Shown here: in pieces, positions 1 through 10,810 of the stretch | Numbering within the stretch: position 1 is the first letter of the stretch | Layout: every line of letters begins with the position of its first letter | Origin: a virus | Virus record (IMG/VR): IMGVR_UViG_3300037851_000359 | Span: 64,001-128,000 of that record | Reading direction: 5' to 3' (one strand) | Length of the DNA: 64,000 nucleotides | Notes under the pieces: model-generated | What the model was told of the DNA's origin: nothing | Databases searched by the model: none | Seen by the model: the letters and a program-made list of their open reading frames with translations, nothing else | Made by a program: the position numbers and the translations under genes

Positions 1-189
1 ATAAATCCTGAATGTTTTATACGAATTAATTTAAAAGATCCTAAAAATTCATTAGATATTATAACAAACGCTATTAATAATAAAGAATGGGAAAAAAGAT
101 TGCCTATTATAAAACAAGAAAAACAAAAATTAATGAATGATATGAATCCATTAAATATTATTTGGAAAATTATTCATAAACAATTATAA
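1..189 (+). CDS. C-terminal fragment of a probable GT10-like glycosyltransferase (5'-truncated)
   Basis: Frame 1 is open to TAA at 187-189: INPECFIRINLKDPKNSLDIITNAINNKEWEKRLPIIKQEKQKLMN..., which resembles C-termini of viral GT10-like proteins; adjoins the glycan cluster. Confidence 0.45.
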   Translation: MNPECFIRINLKDPKNSLDIITNAINNKEWEKRLPIIKQEKQKLMNDMNPLNIIWKIIHKQL

Positions 190-905
190 GATTTCCATTT
201 TTCAATATAAGGCAAAAATTCATTATTATTATTAAAAAAATACGGAATATATCCATATCGTTCTGAAATAGCACAAAAATATGCCTCAAAAATATACCTA
301 TTATCAGGATTATTAAAATTCCCAGATAAAAAATATTCAGTACATTCATTTAAAAACTTATTTACAATATCAGACCGCATAATATAAAATGTATTCGGAA
401 TAAAAAACCCATCCATACATGAATATGGAAAACTTGCCCATTTATTTAATTCATTTTGTATATTCTTATTAGAATGAATTATATAATCAGTAGCAATGAT
501 TCCTATATATTCATTATTGTTAAAAATAGTTTCTACATCTTTTTGTTTATTCCAAAAATTCATTTCTAAATAATTACGAAAGTTTTTAGACATATCTAAA
601 TTACTATAACTAGCTCCCTTAGTATGGGCAAACCATATATAATCATTTTCACCAAACTTATAATTTCTCAAACATTGCATAAATCCCGGTACGTCAGAAG
701 TAATACTATCTTTATTAGTATCAATAAATACATTTTTATATTTTTGTCTAAGTATATCATGCCAGTTTACACAACAACCATAATTACATCCATGATAAAT
801 ATTTTCATTATTAAAAAAAGTGTCAATTATGTCGAGATAATATTTACCCAATTCTATACTTGTACTTGGAATCCATGATGAAAAAAATAATAAATGATTA
901 TACAT
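174..905 (-). CDS. Putative glycosyltransferase-related protein (RgpF/rhamnan synthesis-like)
   Basis: YIWFAHTKG motif and late R..FE...ER segment. Start moved to ATG 905, which overlaps the upstream stop. Confidence 0.45.
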   Translation of the reverse strand: MYNHLLFFSSWIPSTSIELGKYYLDIIDTFFNNENIYHGCNYGCCVNWHDILRQKYKNVFIDTNKDSITSDVPGFMQCLRNYKFGENDYIWFAHTKGASYSNLDMSKNFRNYLEMNFWNKQKDVETIFNNNEYIGIIATDYIIHSNKNIQNELNKWASFPYSCMDGFFIPNTFYIMRSDIVNKFLNECTEYFLSGNFNNPDNRYIFEAYFCAISERYGYIPYFFNNNNEFLPYIEKWKSYNCL

Positions 906-1518
906 AGCAAACGCCAATACCCCCCCACGATATTTCACCACCTTTATAAAATTTATCATATTGATCAATTGAAAATAAATTATTTTCATAATCTGAATAA
1001 AATAATTCAGTTTTATATTTTAATTGCAATTCTTTCCATAATGTTAATACAAATTTCCTATTTTCAAACATCAATTCATCAACAATATCATGAAAAACTA
1101 TAAGGCCACCAGATTTTACCAAAGGGGAAAATAATTCATAATCTTTTTTGGCACCTTCATAACTATGATCACCATCAATAAACAATACATCAATACTAGG
1201 CATTAAATTATATATTTCATTCTTTGTTTCTATTATTTGACTATTTCTTGACAAATATTTATAATTACAATATTGTTTAATTTGATTTATATCAAATCTT
1301 GCAGGATTAATACAATCTATAGTTATTAAATTCTTGCAAAATCGACATAAAGATATTGTTGTGCCCCCATCGTAACACCCAATTTCTAAAATATTATCAA
1401 CTTTTTCGGATTTTTTGTTTAAAATTTCCAAAAAACTAATCCATTCTTTTTTCTTTTGTTGAATTTTAAATATTTTACAATCATTCCATATCATATCCAG
1501 TTGTTCATTGTTATACAT
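898..1518 (-). CDS. Class I SAM-dependent methyltransferase (Methyltransf_24-like)
   Basis: ILEIGCYDGG, IDVLFIDGDHSYEG, GGLIVFHD motifs. Confidence 0.85.
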   Translation of the reverse strand: MYNNEQLDMIWNDCKIFKIQQKKKEWISFLEILNKKSEKVDNILEIGCYDGGTTISLCRFCKNLITIDCINPARFDINQIKQYCNYKYLSRNSQIIETKNEIYNLMPSIDVLFIDGDHSYEGAKKDYELFSPLVKSGGLIVFHDIVDELMFENRKFVLTLWKELQLKYKTELFYSDYENNLFSIDQYDKFYKGGEISWGGIGVCYV

Positions 1519-1519
1519 A

Positions 1520-2254
1520 TTATACCCTTTTAATTAAATGGGAATGATCAAAATATTTATTACGATGTGCATAAATTATCTGATCTGGAAATTGCGTTTG
1601 GGAAACCCATCCACCAAATTTAGAAATACTCTGTCTTGGGGCATTATACCTAATAGATAAAATAGAAAATATACTTTGGTCATGCCTATGAATGCTAATA
1701 TGACCATCAATACATTCTTTAATTTTTCCATACTCAAAAGCATCATCTATTATAACTTGATATTTGCCTTTTGATTTATAGCATTGGAATCCCGCCCATA
1801 AATGTTTTCCATTTATTTCAGGTTCGCTCACATTCATAATTTCGCGGCATTTATTATGGGTAAATTGATTATTTTTATGTGTATCTCCAACTAATAATAT
1901 ATCATCCCTATTTACAATATCATATACTTCTTGAGCATGGTTAACAAAACATGCACCGGCATCCATATAAAAAACAGTATTTCCAAAATTTTCAGTCAAC
2001 ATCTTCAATATATAAATTTTCCAAAAAAATATTTTTGGAACAATAACATGAGGATATAATTCAATAAAAGATTGTGAAATTTCTTTTATTTCAACATTTT
2101 TATAACTCTTTAATTCATCAATTTGATTTTGATCCAATCCAAGATTAAATATATAAATTTTTTCTATAAATGGAGCAAAATGATAACAAGATGATAACAA
2201 TGTTTTACATGAATTGAAAAATGAATTATTACAACCTGTTGCTAATATATTCAT
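1520..2254 (-). CDS. GT-A-like / DUF1647-like protein
   Basis: FNLGL, FWK, YMDAG and HRHDQSIFSIL motifs. Confidence 0.55.
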   Translation of the reverse strand: MNILATGCNNSFFNSCKTLLSSCYHFAPFIEKIYIFNLGLDQNQIDELKSYKNVEIKEISQSFIELYPHVIVPKIFFWKIYILKMLTENFGNTVFYMDAGACFVNHAQEVYDIVNRDDILLVGDTHKNNQFTHNKCREIMNVSEPEINGKHLWAGFQCYKSKGKYQVIIDDAFEYGKIKECIDGHISIHRHDQSIFSILSIRYNAPRQSISKFGGWVSQTQFPDQIIYAHRNKYFDHSHLIKRV

Positions 2255-2799
2255 TTTTTCTTAAATACCGTCAAACAAAAAATGGTTTCTAAATAATCTA
2301 CTCTTGAATCAAAAATTAAAGAATCTGCTAATTTGGAAGGACCATCCCACCAATATGGGCCTTTTCGGTTGGCGGCAGAATCATGAATAAGAATTATACC
2401 GTTTGTATTAACAAAAGGAAACCAACTTTCAAAATCATTAACAACGTCTTCATAAATATGACTGCCATCAATAAATAAATAATCTATTGGAACAGTCCAG
2501 GTTTTTACTACATTATAACTATAATCTTGTATAAATGTATAATCATGATTTTTAGTTTTCTGTTTAATTTCATTAATATTTCCTATTAATGATGTATTCA
2601 TTGAATCTGGAATTATTGGATCAATGCCATATATTTTTGATCCTGGTATAGAATGATCACATATAATTTTTGATGTATCGCCTTTTAATACTCCAATTTC
2701 TACAAAAATCCCCTTAATTGTTGAAGCATATTTAGCATGGCACAATGCTTCATCTTCTGGATTTCCAATTGACATATGTTGTGGTAAAAATTGCGACAT
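2251..2799 (-). CDS. Class I SAM-dependent methyltransferase (Methyltransf_24-like)
   Basis: FVEIGVLKG, IDYLFIDGSHIYEDV, GIILIHD. Confidence 0.85.
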   Translation of the reverse strand: MSQFLPQHMSIGNPEDEALCHAKYASTIKGIFVEIGVLKGDTSKIICDHSIPGSKIYGIDPIIPDSMNTSLIGNINEIKQKTKNHDYTFIQDYSYNVVKTWTVPIDYLFIDGSHIYEDVVNDFESWFPFVNTNGIILIHDSAANRKGPYWWDGPSKLADSLIFDSRVDYLETIFCLTVFKKK

Positions 2800-2802
2800 G
2801 TT

Positions 2803-3675
2803 TTATTCCTTATAATGATTTGAAATCATCCAATTTTTGACATAATTATATTCATCAGAATATTCTACTATGTTATTCTCAATTTTTTCAAAAATTTTTA
2901 AATATTGGTTCAATTTTTCATTTGAAAAATTATTAAAATCTTGAGGTTGTCTATAGGTTTCGAATAAAATTTCTTTAAATGATTTATTTTTAATGCCATT
3001 TTCATCTAAAAATATTTTTTGTGTTCTAGTTGTATCATGGGCGGTAGCGAACATTCCTATTTCATGAGACATTAATGGGTATTGATTCCAAATTCTTGGA
3101 AGATTATCATAAAAATTCATAAAAATATTACATATATGATTACTACATACATTAAAGGTATCGTGAACCATTAATGGATTATACCATATCATTAAATTAT
3201 TATGATAAAAATAATTTAAATCATTTAAAACATAATCAGGAATTGTTTTAAACATTATTGTATCTGGTCTGAAAATAATAATTCCATCATATTGTATATT
3301 ATTTTTTATTTCATACTCTTTTTTTAATTTAATAACTTCTCTAATTTTATAATTACGAGGCAAGGCTGAGGTTTTAATATAATACCACACTTGTTTATAT
3401 GAATCTACTAAAGAATCTTCCCATTGTTTATAATTTTCAACAATTAAGGTTTTTGGATTAAATTTATTCTGAATATCTGAAATATCAATATCTTCAATTT
3501 CATAATTTGTATTCAAATTGACCCGTTTAGAATATAATGATGCCCCTCTTTTATCCCAAATATGCATAAACACATCAGGATTTAAAGGGTTTAAAATATT
3601 ATTATAAACAGTTTCATAACATTTTTGATATTCTCTCACTTGTCCGTATATTAATAAGGCAATTTTTTTAGTCAC
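2803..3675 (-). CDS. Putative nucleotide-sugar transferase-like protein
   Basis: KIALLIYGQVR, DVFMHIW, YDGIIIFRPD; paralogous to 6074..6769. Confidence 0.55.
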   Translation of the reverse strand: MTKKIALLIYGQVREYQKCYETVYNNILNPLNPDVFMHIWDKRGASLYSKRVNLNTNYEIEDIDISDIQNKFNPKTLIVENYKQWEDSLVDSYKQVWYYIKTSALPRNYKIREVIKLKKEYEIKNNIQYDGIIIFRPDTIMFKTIPDYVLNDLNYFYHNNLMIWYNPLMVHDTFNVCSNHICNIFMNFYDNLPRIWNQYPLMSHEIGMFATAHDTTRTQKIFLDENGIKNKSFKEILFETYRQPQDFNNFSNEKLNQYLKIFEKIENNIVEYSDEYNYVKNWMISNHYKE

Positions 3676-4625
3676 GATAAAAATACCTTTTTAAATTTTT
3701 CCATTACCTTAGAGGCAGAAAAAGTTTCATATGAATTATTTGTATAATTTATAGGTTTTTGAAAATTCATAATTATATTATAAAAAGAATTATAATCATT
3801 ATAAGTAATAGCACAATCTTTAAGAATATGCAAATGAGATTGTTCTATACTATTACTATATGTGATAATAGGTTTATTTTTAATAGAAAATTCAGCAATT
3901 GCCAATCCAAAGGTTTCCCCTCTTGTTCTAGCATGGATCATAGCATCACAAGTATTAATAAAATTAACTTTCATATTAAGATCATGAGTTCCTGGCAAAT
4001 ATTTAATATTGTGATGATTATGAAAACTGTCAATATTCATAAAAATAAAATAAATATCATTTCTTACTGTTAAAATATTTTTTATTGATTGTTTCACAAA
4101 GTCAATATCAAATGAATCATTGCCCCCATAATATCCAAAAACTAATTTATCAATAGGTATTCCTAATACGGATCTTAAATTATCGTCATTATGAGGCAAT
4201 TCAACTATATGGGGAACAAACTCATAGTTATTGAGAGAATCACTTGGAACACTATAATTTCTTAACCATTCTGAAACATATACATAAGTATTTCCAAACG
4301 GTTGAAATGCCGGAAACACTACATGTATTCCAACCTTACAATTACTAGGAATAGGTTCGGGATACCCAGCACAAATTTTATATATACAATCTAATTGAAG
4401 TGTATGAACAATTGATTCTAATTCAGACATGGATTTATAACTATAAATATTATTAAATTCGTTTATAAATTTATTTCTTGCTGGGTTTTTATATTCTGGT
4501 TGATTTCCATTAATAATAATAAACGATTCATTATTTAATAAAATTTTATTATATTTAGCATAATCAAACAATGCTATTTCAGTGCCTCGTAATGATAAAT
4601 GCTCAGTTAAAAATCCTATTTTCAT
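3672..4625 (-). CDS. GT-B (GT4-like) glycosyltransferase
   Basis: LRGTEIALFDYA N-terminus; CDAMIHARTRGETFGLAIAEF (EX7E motif). Confidence 0.85.
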   Translation of the reverse strand: MKIGFLTEHLSLRGTEIALFDYAKYNKILLNNESFIIINGNQPEYKNPARNKFINEFNNIYSYKSMSELESIVHTLQLDCIYKICAGYPEPIPSNCKVGIHVVFPAFQPFGNTYVYVSEWLRNYSVPSDSLNNYEFVPHIVELPHNDDNLRSVLGIPIDKLVFGYYGGNDSFDIDFVKQSIKNILTVRNDIYFIFMNIDSFHNHHNIKYLPGTHDLNMKVNFINTCDAMIHARTRGETFGLAIAEFSIKNKPIITYSNSIEQSHLHILKDCAITYNDYNSFYNIIMNFQKPINYTNNSYETFSASKVMEKFKKVFLS

Positions 4626-5245
4626 TTAATTTTCCTAAAACAATCATCAGAATCAACTTTCTCTACAAATTCATATTTAAATTTTGATAAATATTCTCTT
4701 ATATCTAATTGATTATAATTATTTTCGATAATAAAATAATCAATATTAATTTTATCAAAATTAATTGATTTAATGATAGACATTTCGCCACCTTCTACAT
4801 CAATTGAACAAAAATCGAAATTGAAAATATTGTATTGTTCACATATAGTCATAAGAGTTTTTGATGGAATTTGAATTTTATTTAATGACCCACCATACAT
4901 AGATATTTCACGATTAATACGATCAATATGTTTAGGATCATAAAAATCATATATACCAGATAACATTTCTGAATATCCATCAATTTGAGCAAAGGTAACA
5001 TTTCCATTTATTTCAGATATACAGCAATTATCACAGATACACTTTCTATTCAATATCAATTTTGAATATATTTTAGGATTAGGTTCAATACAAATTCCAT
5101 TCCAATTCAATTCTTGTTCAAAAAATAATGTATTATTTATAGTAACCCCATCATTAGCCCCAATGTCTAAAAATACCCCATTAAGTTTATTTTTAAAAAT
5201 TTTTTCATTTAAATACTTATCTTGACCTACTTGAGAGTGATACAT
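4622..5245 (-). CDS. FkbM-family methyltransferase
   Basis: YHSQVGQD, FLDIGANDG, WNGICIEP, SIDVEGGE. Confidence 0.9.
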   Translation of the reverse strand: MYHSQVGQDKYLNEKIFKNKLNGVFLDIGANDGVTINNTLFFEQELNWNGICIEPNPKIYSKLILNRKCICDNCCISEINGNVTFAQIDGYSEMLSGIYDFYDPKHIDRINREISMYGGSLNKIQIPSKTLMTICEQYNIFNFDFCSIDVEGGEMSIIKSINFDKINIDYFIIENNYNQLDIREYLSKFKYEFVEKVDSDDCFRKIK

Positions 5246-5254
5246 AATTTTCCT

Positions 5255-6064
5255 TTATTGTTTTTCAATTGAACTATAAACGCATCCATTATATTTAGAT
5301 GAAAATTGCAATTTTACACGATTGCAATCTATAATATTATAATTCTCATATTTTATATTATAATTTCCTATTTTACTTCTATGAATTGCAAAATGATCAG
5401 CAGGATAATCAATCTTTGGTTGTAGTAAAATATATTGATAATTTAATAAATAGTTAATAATTTCTTGCGAAGAACTATTAAATTTATTTAAATATGGTTC
5501 TTCTAATTCTATACAAAAATTTGGAAAAAATTTATCAATAATATTAGACAAGGATACCAAAACTTTAAATTCATATCCTTGTATATCAAGTTTAATAAAA
5601 TCTATTTTTTCTAAATTTAAATCCATTAAACTTATAGTGTCAACTAGGTCTTCCCCATTTTCAACCGATAGCCCCCCTATATTAGTATAATTTTCAGTAA
5701 ATTGAATATTTGTCACCTTGACGCGGGTTTTAATATCAGATAATGCGTTATGATATGGAATCACATTATAACAACCATTCAATAAACAATTTGATAATAA
5801 TTGCCAATAAATGGTTCTAATGGGTTCAAACGAATATACTTTTCCTGCATTGCCAACTATTTTTGATAAATGTACGGTATGAAATCCTAAATTAGCACTA
5901 CAATCTATACAAGTATCGCCAAATTTAACAACAGAATTAACAAGATCTAAAAAATGATTCTCATAAATTGGATTGGTTTTTATTTCCAATCCAAGGGCAT
6001 CATACTTAGAAATTAAAAATTTATTTCCGTTTTTTTCAACAATTTCTAAAATATTATTATCCAT
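5255..6064 (-). CDS. FkbM-family methyltransferase
   Basis: IDCSANLGFHT (Gly replaced by Ser in motif I), VYSFEP, FIKLDIQGYE. Confidence 0.85.
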   Translation of the reverse strand: MDNNILEIVEKNGNKFLISKYDALGLEIKTNPIYENHFLDLVNSVVKFGDTCIDCSANLGFHTVHLSKIVGNAGKVYSFEPIRTIYWQLLSNCLLNGCYNVIPYHNALSDIKTRVKVTNIQFTENYTNIGGLSVENGEDLVDTISLMDLNLEKIDFIKLDIQGYEFKVLVSLSNIIDKFFPNFCIELEEPYLNKFNSSSQEIINYLLNYQYILLQPKIDYPADHFAIHRSKIGNYNIKYENYNIIDCNRVKLQFSSKYNGCVYSSIEKQ

Positions 6065-6073
6065 AATTATTCC

Positions 6074-6769
6074 TTATAATTTTGTAATATTAACCAAAAA
6101 TTCATTGGGGTCATGGAAACATATTTTTTTATGTTCTTTATTCAAATGATGGGTTAATACATGTTCATTTACCATTTTTATTTTATCTTCTAACCAATAT
6201 TTATTAATATTATTATATAATGACGAATAGTAATTCATATTTTCACTATTGCCCAACGCAAATTGATCATTACACAATGGCTTTATTTCCCCACTAACAT
6301 GAATATAATCTAAATCTAATTTTAAAAAATCTATTTTAAATTGATTAAACACAATATCAAAACGTAATCTTATAACAATATCATATATAAAAGCATATTC
6401 GGTTTCAAATTGTTTTTTTAATTCATTCGCTTGAAAAATAGAATACCACATACTATATAAAATATGCGGCGATTGTTGAGCAAAAAATGCCCCATTTAAA
6501 ATAGTTGTATCAAAAGATATATGAGGTTCAAATTTATATTTTTTAGGATTATACAATTCTAAAAGTTTAGCATCAGTATTCTCAACCCATGTTCCGGTCC
6601 TATTATTGGCATGCGGAGAAAAATCAAATCTTTGTCCAACGTATGATGAGTTCCACCAACAATGAAAAAATACATCTGGATTATATCTTTCTATTATCAA
6701 TTTTTTAATATTTGGATAACAAATATTAAAATATCTTGGTTGTCCTGATAAACATAATGCAATTTTCAT
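6074..6769 (-). CDS. Putative nucleotide-sugar transferase-like protein
   Basis: KIALCLSGQPR, DVFFHCW, YDIVIRLRFD, NDQFALG. Confidence 0.6.
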   Translation of the reverse strand: MKIALCLSGQPRYFNICYPNIKKLIIERYNPDVFFHCWWNSSYVGQRFDFSPHANNRTGTWVENTDAKLLELYNPKKYKFEPHISFDTTILNGAFFAQQSPHILYSMWYSIFQANELKKQFETEYAFIYDIVIRLRFDIVFNQFKIDFLKLDLDYIHVSGEIKPLCNDQFALGNSENMNYYSSLYNNINKYWLEDKIKMVNEHVLTHHLNKEHKKICFHDPNEFLVNITKL

Positions 6770-8652
6770 TTATTAATCATTCCTCGACCAATTAATTCAT
6801 AATAACGAATACATTTTTCATTATTATGTAATGGAATCAAAGTGTATAATAGACTATCCGTTATCATTCTAATATTATTAAGAACCTCAATATCATAATT
6901 CTCTAAAATAAATGAATCAAAACATCCAAGTAACTCATTAATATATGAATTATTTATTTCTTTATTATTAATTATGTAATCATATCCTATTATTGATTGA
7001 TATACTTTAGCATAATCATAAAATATATCACCATATATTGTTAATACATTGCCAATTTTTCCTCTCATATCAATAAATTTTAAATCATTATTATTTACTA
7101 GAATAATATTAGTTAATACTGGATCACCATGAATGACGCCTATTTTATATTTTTTATCATCTATATAAGATTGCAAACTATGTATTAAATAGGATTTTAC
7201 ATTATCATTATCTTTAAAAATATTATAATTATACGTTTGTATTCTATCCATTAATTTATTAATATAACAATCTTTTATATCAAAATTAATTACTGGCGGT
7301 ACTGATAAATGAATATCATTTAATGTTTTTAATAATTTTTTAAGTAGATCGCATGTTAATGAATTATTAATGTATAATAAAGACAATGGTATTCCATTTA
7401 TATATTCTATTTCAATCCGGTGTTTATCACAATCATATAAAATGGGAAATAAATTTTTTATAGAATTTGGAATATTATTATACCAATATATTTCTCCCGA
7501 CAAATCATTCACTGAGGTTTTAATAACCTTATTATTTTGAATTATTACATTATTAAACGATCTTGCTTCGATTACAGGATTATAAATTCCTATTTCTTTT
7601 TCCATATCATAATATGGATTAATAGCTAAATCATCAATATAAAAATCCGCATATGGTTTTCCAAAGTATAATTCATCATATGGAATGCCAAATTTTTCTA
7701 AAGTATTTATAGTGATTTTTCCAATATCAGCAATTATAGCACCAACATTTCCTTTATGGGTTCTCATACGCCTAGCAGTATAAATGATAATCGTACAACC
7801 TAATGATTTAAGAAATTTTAAATAATTAATATTATTTTTAATAGGCATTACAGATGAATAATCATCTTTAATTGTGGGAAAAGTTACTAAAGTATTATCT
7901 AAATCAAAACAAAATCTTTTGTTTCTTATCGTGGTATAATTAGAATAACAATATTTTTGCAATTGATTTGGGGTTCCTAAACAATTAAAATCTTCAATTT
8001 CTTTGGATTTAATAATTTGTGAATCATTAAGTAATAATTTATAAATATTTGAAATATAATATTCTTTAGTCGTTAATTCGGAATTTAAAACCTTTTGGCA
8101 ATATTCTTTTAATAATTTTCCTGTTTTAAAACAATATGCTCCAACATTGGCATTATTAGATATTTTTTGTTTTTCAACAATATCAACTACCGTATCGGTT
8201 TCAAGTTTAATATATGAATAAATTGGTTTATCATCATAATCTTTAAAATAAAATATACAATTATTATTAATTTTTTTACAATCATTTATAATATCGTGGT
8301 TATAAAATGTATCACAATCTATAGATAATGTCAATTTATTTAAATCTATTTCGGTTAGCGTATTCAATCCACAAAATACAGTTTCCGCCGCCCCTTTTGT
8401 ATAATAATTAATTGATACAAATTTAATTTGTTGATAATGCTTAAATTTAGAATAAATAATATCCTTAAAATTATATTTATCCAATTCTGAATTATATATG
8501 ATAATAATAGTATCATCATAGTCAATTTTTAAATTATCAAGAACATATAAAATTAAAGGCTTTCCAAAGACAGCTATTAACGGTTTTGGAAATCTGTATC
8601 CATCCTGTTTAAATCTTTCACCTTTTCCGCCAATTGGAATAATAATATTCAT
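6766..8652 (-). CDS. Tri-domain nucleotidyltransferase / HAD (capsule-type) phosphatase / APH-like kinase
   Basis: IIPIGGKGERF...PKPLI (NTP transferase); FDLDNTL, YTAR, GKPYADFYIDD (HAD); HGDPVLTNI...FIDMRG (phosphotransferase). Confidence 0.85.
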   Translation of the reverse strand: MNIIIPIGGKGERFKQDGYRFPKPLIAVFGKPLILYVLDNLKIDYDDTIIIIYNSELDKYNFKDIIYSKFKHYQQIKFVSINYYTKGAAETVFCGLNTLTEIDLNKLTLSIDCDTFYNHDIINDCKKINNNCIFYFKDYDDKPIYSYIKLETDTVVDIVEKQKISNNANVGAYCFKTGKLLKEYCQKVLNSELTTKEYYISNIYKLLLNDSQIIKSKEIEDFNCLGTPNQLQKYCYSNYTTIRNKRFCFDLDNTLVTFPTIKDDYSSVMPIKNNINYLKFLKSLGCTIIIYTARRMRTHKGNVGAIIADIGKITINTLEKFGIPYDELYFGKPYADFYIDDLAINPYYDMEKEIGIYNPVIEARSFNNVIIQNNKVIKTSVNDLSGEIYWYNNIPNSIKNLFPILYDCDKHRIEIEYINGIPLSLLYINNSLTCDLLKKLLKTLNDIHLSVPPVINFDIKDCYINKLMDRIQTYNYNIFKDNDNVKSYLIHSLQSYIDDKKYKIGVIHGDPVLTNIILVNNNDLKFIDMRGKIGNVLTIYGDIFYDYAKVYQSIIGYDYIINNKEINNSYINELLGCFDSFILENYDIEVLNNIRMITDSLLYTLIPLHNNEKCIRYYELIGRGMINK

Positions 8653-8663
8653 GGGATTCCTTT

Positions 8664-9494
8664 TTATCTATTATTCCAAAATGATTCTGCTTCTTTTATT
8701 TGATTGTCTATATTTGATTTAATAGCACCAGAATCCCGTTGACAAACCAGAACTTTCCATTTAGCATATTGCTCGTCATTTTCATGTGGATGTATGATAG
8801 AAATGCTATCTGACATTTGATAAGTAAAATTATTTAAATGAGTATCAAGTAAAAAATACGCATCATCACCGGCATAAACACCCATAATTCGATAGCCGCC
8901 AACTTTATCCCATAATTGTTTAGATATAAATAAACAACCTCCAGCAATACCAGAAGGATCATTAGGCCAAACTGCATGTTCTTTTATTATATCATTATTT
9001 ATTTGAATCGTATATTTATGGGAATTCTCATAAACAGTCTTATAATGACACCCATGACCCTGTTGATTCAATGAAATAAACCCAAATGGTTTTTGTTTTA
9101 AATTAGTAATATTTTCTGCCATCTGTATCAATCTTAAAAAAAAGTACTTTTCCTCTTCAATAAATATAATATCAGAATCTAATGATAAAATATACTGATA
9201 ATCATATTCATTATTAAAATCCGATATCAATTTATTAATGGTATATGCTTTCCCATAATTTTTATCTAATCTAATTGGATTTAAATTGCCATTAAATAAA
9301 TGCCGTATTTGGATTACAAATTCATTCCATAATTGATCAGTTTTAGCCCAACCGCCTATATTTATTCCTAAATTAACTTCTGATAGTCCATTTTTTTCTA
9401 TATAACTATTAAGAGATAATAATGAATTTACATTTCTATTTAATCTTGCCATATCTGGTAAAAAAATTGGCTGGACTAATAATATATTTTTCAT
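8664..9494 (-). CDS. GT2-like glycosyltransferase
   Basis: NYGKAY, LSLDSDI (DXD), GGCLFI...VGGY...YAGDD. Confidence 0.75.
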   Translation of the reverse strand: MKNILLVQPIFLPDMARLNRNVNSLLSLNSYIEKNGLSEVNLGINIGGWAKTDQLWNEFVIQIRHLFNGNLNPIRLDKNYGKAYTINKLISDFNNEYDYQYILSLDSDIIFIEEEKYFFLRLIQMAENITNLKQKPFGFISLNQQGHGCHYKTVYENSHKYTIQINNDIIKEHAVWPNDPSGIAGGCLFISKQLWDKVGGYRIMGVYAGDDAYFLLDTHLNNFTYQMSDSISIIHPHENDEQYAKWKVLVCQRDSGAIKSNIDNQIKEAESFWNNR

Positions 9495-10810
9495 TTTATT
9501 CCTTTTAATTCAGTAATATAACATTCTTTTCTCAATCCTTCATCCTTACATAATTTTACTAATTCTTCTATTTTTTTCTTCATTTCATGCAATCGGTCTT
9601 TTAATATATTTATCTCATCTTTTCCAAATTTATAAATAGGAGTTTGAATTATTTTTGAAATGTGTTTATCTTGAATATCATTATCTATTAATAATTTTTC
9701 AATTTCTTTTTTTGATAATTCTGGAAATTTTTTAAATAACGCTTTTTGAATAACAATTAGAAAATCTCTTTCATATTCAAATTTTTCTTTAAGTTCTAAG
9801 TATTGTAATTTAAAGCGTTTAAGATAAAATTCAAACCTATAATCTGTAAATTGTTTAATTATTTGAGAAACCGTCATATTTTTTATTTTACCATCAAATC
9901 CAATAACATTTATATTTTCATTTAATATCGTAAATAATTTAAATTTTTCAATTATTTCAGAATCATTTAATTCAGAATTTAAAATAATATTAAATTCAAA
10001 TTCTTTTTTACAATCATCAGTAAATGATTTAATAATATCTTTTTGTTCAAGATCATCTAGAATTTTTATAAAAGTTTCTCTATTATATCCAATAGGCAAC
10101 TCAGTTATGGTTAAATACTTACCTTCTTTTTTATAACATCCAATAGTTTTCCAAACATTATCGCCAATTTTTTCTATTGAACCATTAAACCCATCAAAAT
10201 ATGGTTTGGGTTCTCTAAACTCTTTATTATTTAAATATTGTAATTGACAATGAATAACATCTTCCAATTTTCGTGGATATATATTACAAGCGAACCCAAC
10301 AGCAATGCCTTGGACAGGATTTAAAATTACGGTAGGAACAATAGGCAGAAAATTTTTAGGTTCTTTTTCAGAATCATCATAATTTGAAATCATTTCAACC
10401 AATGCAGGATCGGTATTCATTATATTAAAAAATGTATCAGATAATTTAACGGAAACATACCGTGCCGCCCCAATACCATTAGATGGACCAGAACATTTTC
10501 CACCAAATGCACCAAACCCATCTAAATAGGTAATATTATTGGCTCCGCTAAATTTTTGGGCCATTAATGAACAAGCATCTTCGACACTAGTAGATGAATG
10601 TGGATGTAAAGACAAAGCAGAACCAGCAACTTTAACAACTTTTACTTTTTCATTTTTATAATACTTATACATCGTCCACAATATTCTTCTATGAACTGGT
10701 TTTAAGCCATCTATAATGCTTGGAATAGCTCTATTTTCTATTACATTGAATGAATATGCTTTGTATTGGGTGTTTATGATATCTGTTATATCAATATTTC
10801 TTATTTCCAT
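9491..10810 (-). CDS. gp52: Type II topoisomerase breakage-reunion subunit (T4 gp52-like)
   Basis: RAIPSIIDGLKPVHRRIL, AARY catalytic Tyr, GIAVGFA, ITELP. Confidence 0.93.
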   Translation of the reverse strand: MEIRNIDITDIINTQYKAYSFNVIENRAIPSIIDGLKPVHRRILWTMYKYYKNEKVKVVKVAGSALSLHPHSSTSVEDACSLMAQKFSGANNITYLDGFGAFGGKCSGPSNGIGAARYVSVKLSDTFFNIMNTDPALVEMISNYDDSEKEPKNFLPIVPTVILNPVQGIAVGFACNIYPRKLEDVIHCQLQYLNNKEFREPKPYFDGFNGSIEKIGDNVWKTIGCYKKEGKYLTITELPIGYNRETFIKILDDLEQKDIIKSFTDDCKKEFEFNIILNSELNDSEIIEKFKLFTILNENINVIGFDGKIKNMTVSQIIKQFTDYRFEFYLKRFKLQYLELKEKFEYERDFLIVIQKALFKKFPELSKKEIEKLLIDNDIQDKHISKIIQTPIYKFGKDEINILKDRLHEMKKKIEELVKLCKDEGLRKECYITELKGIK

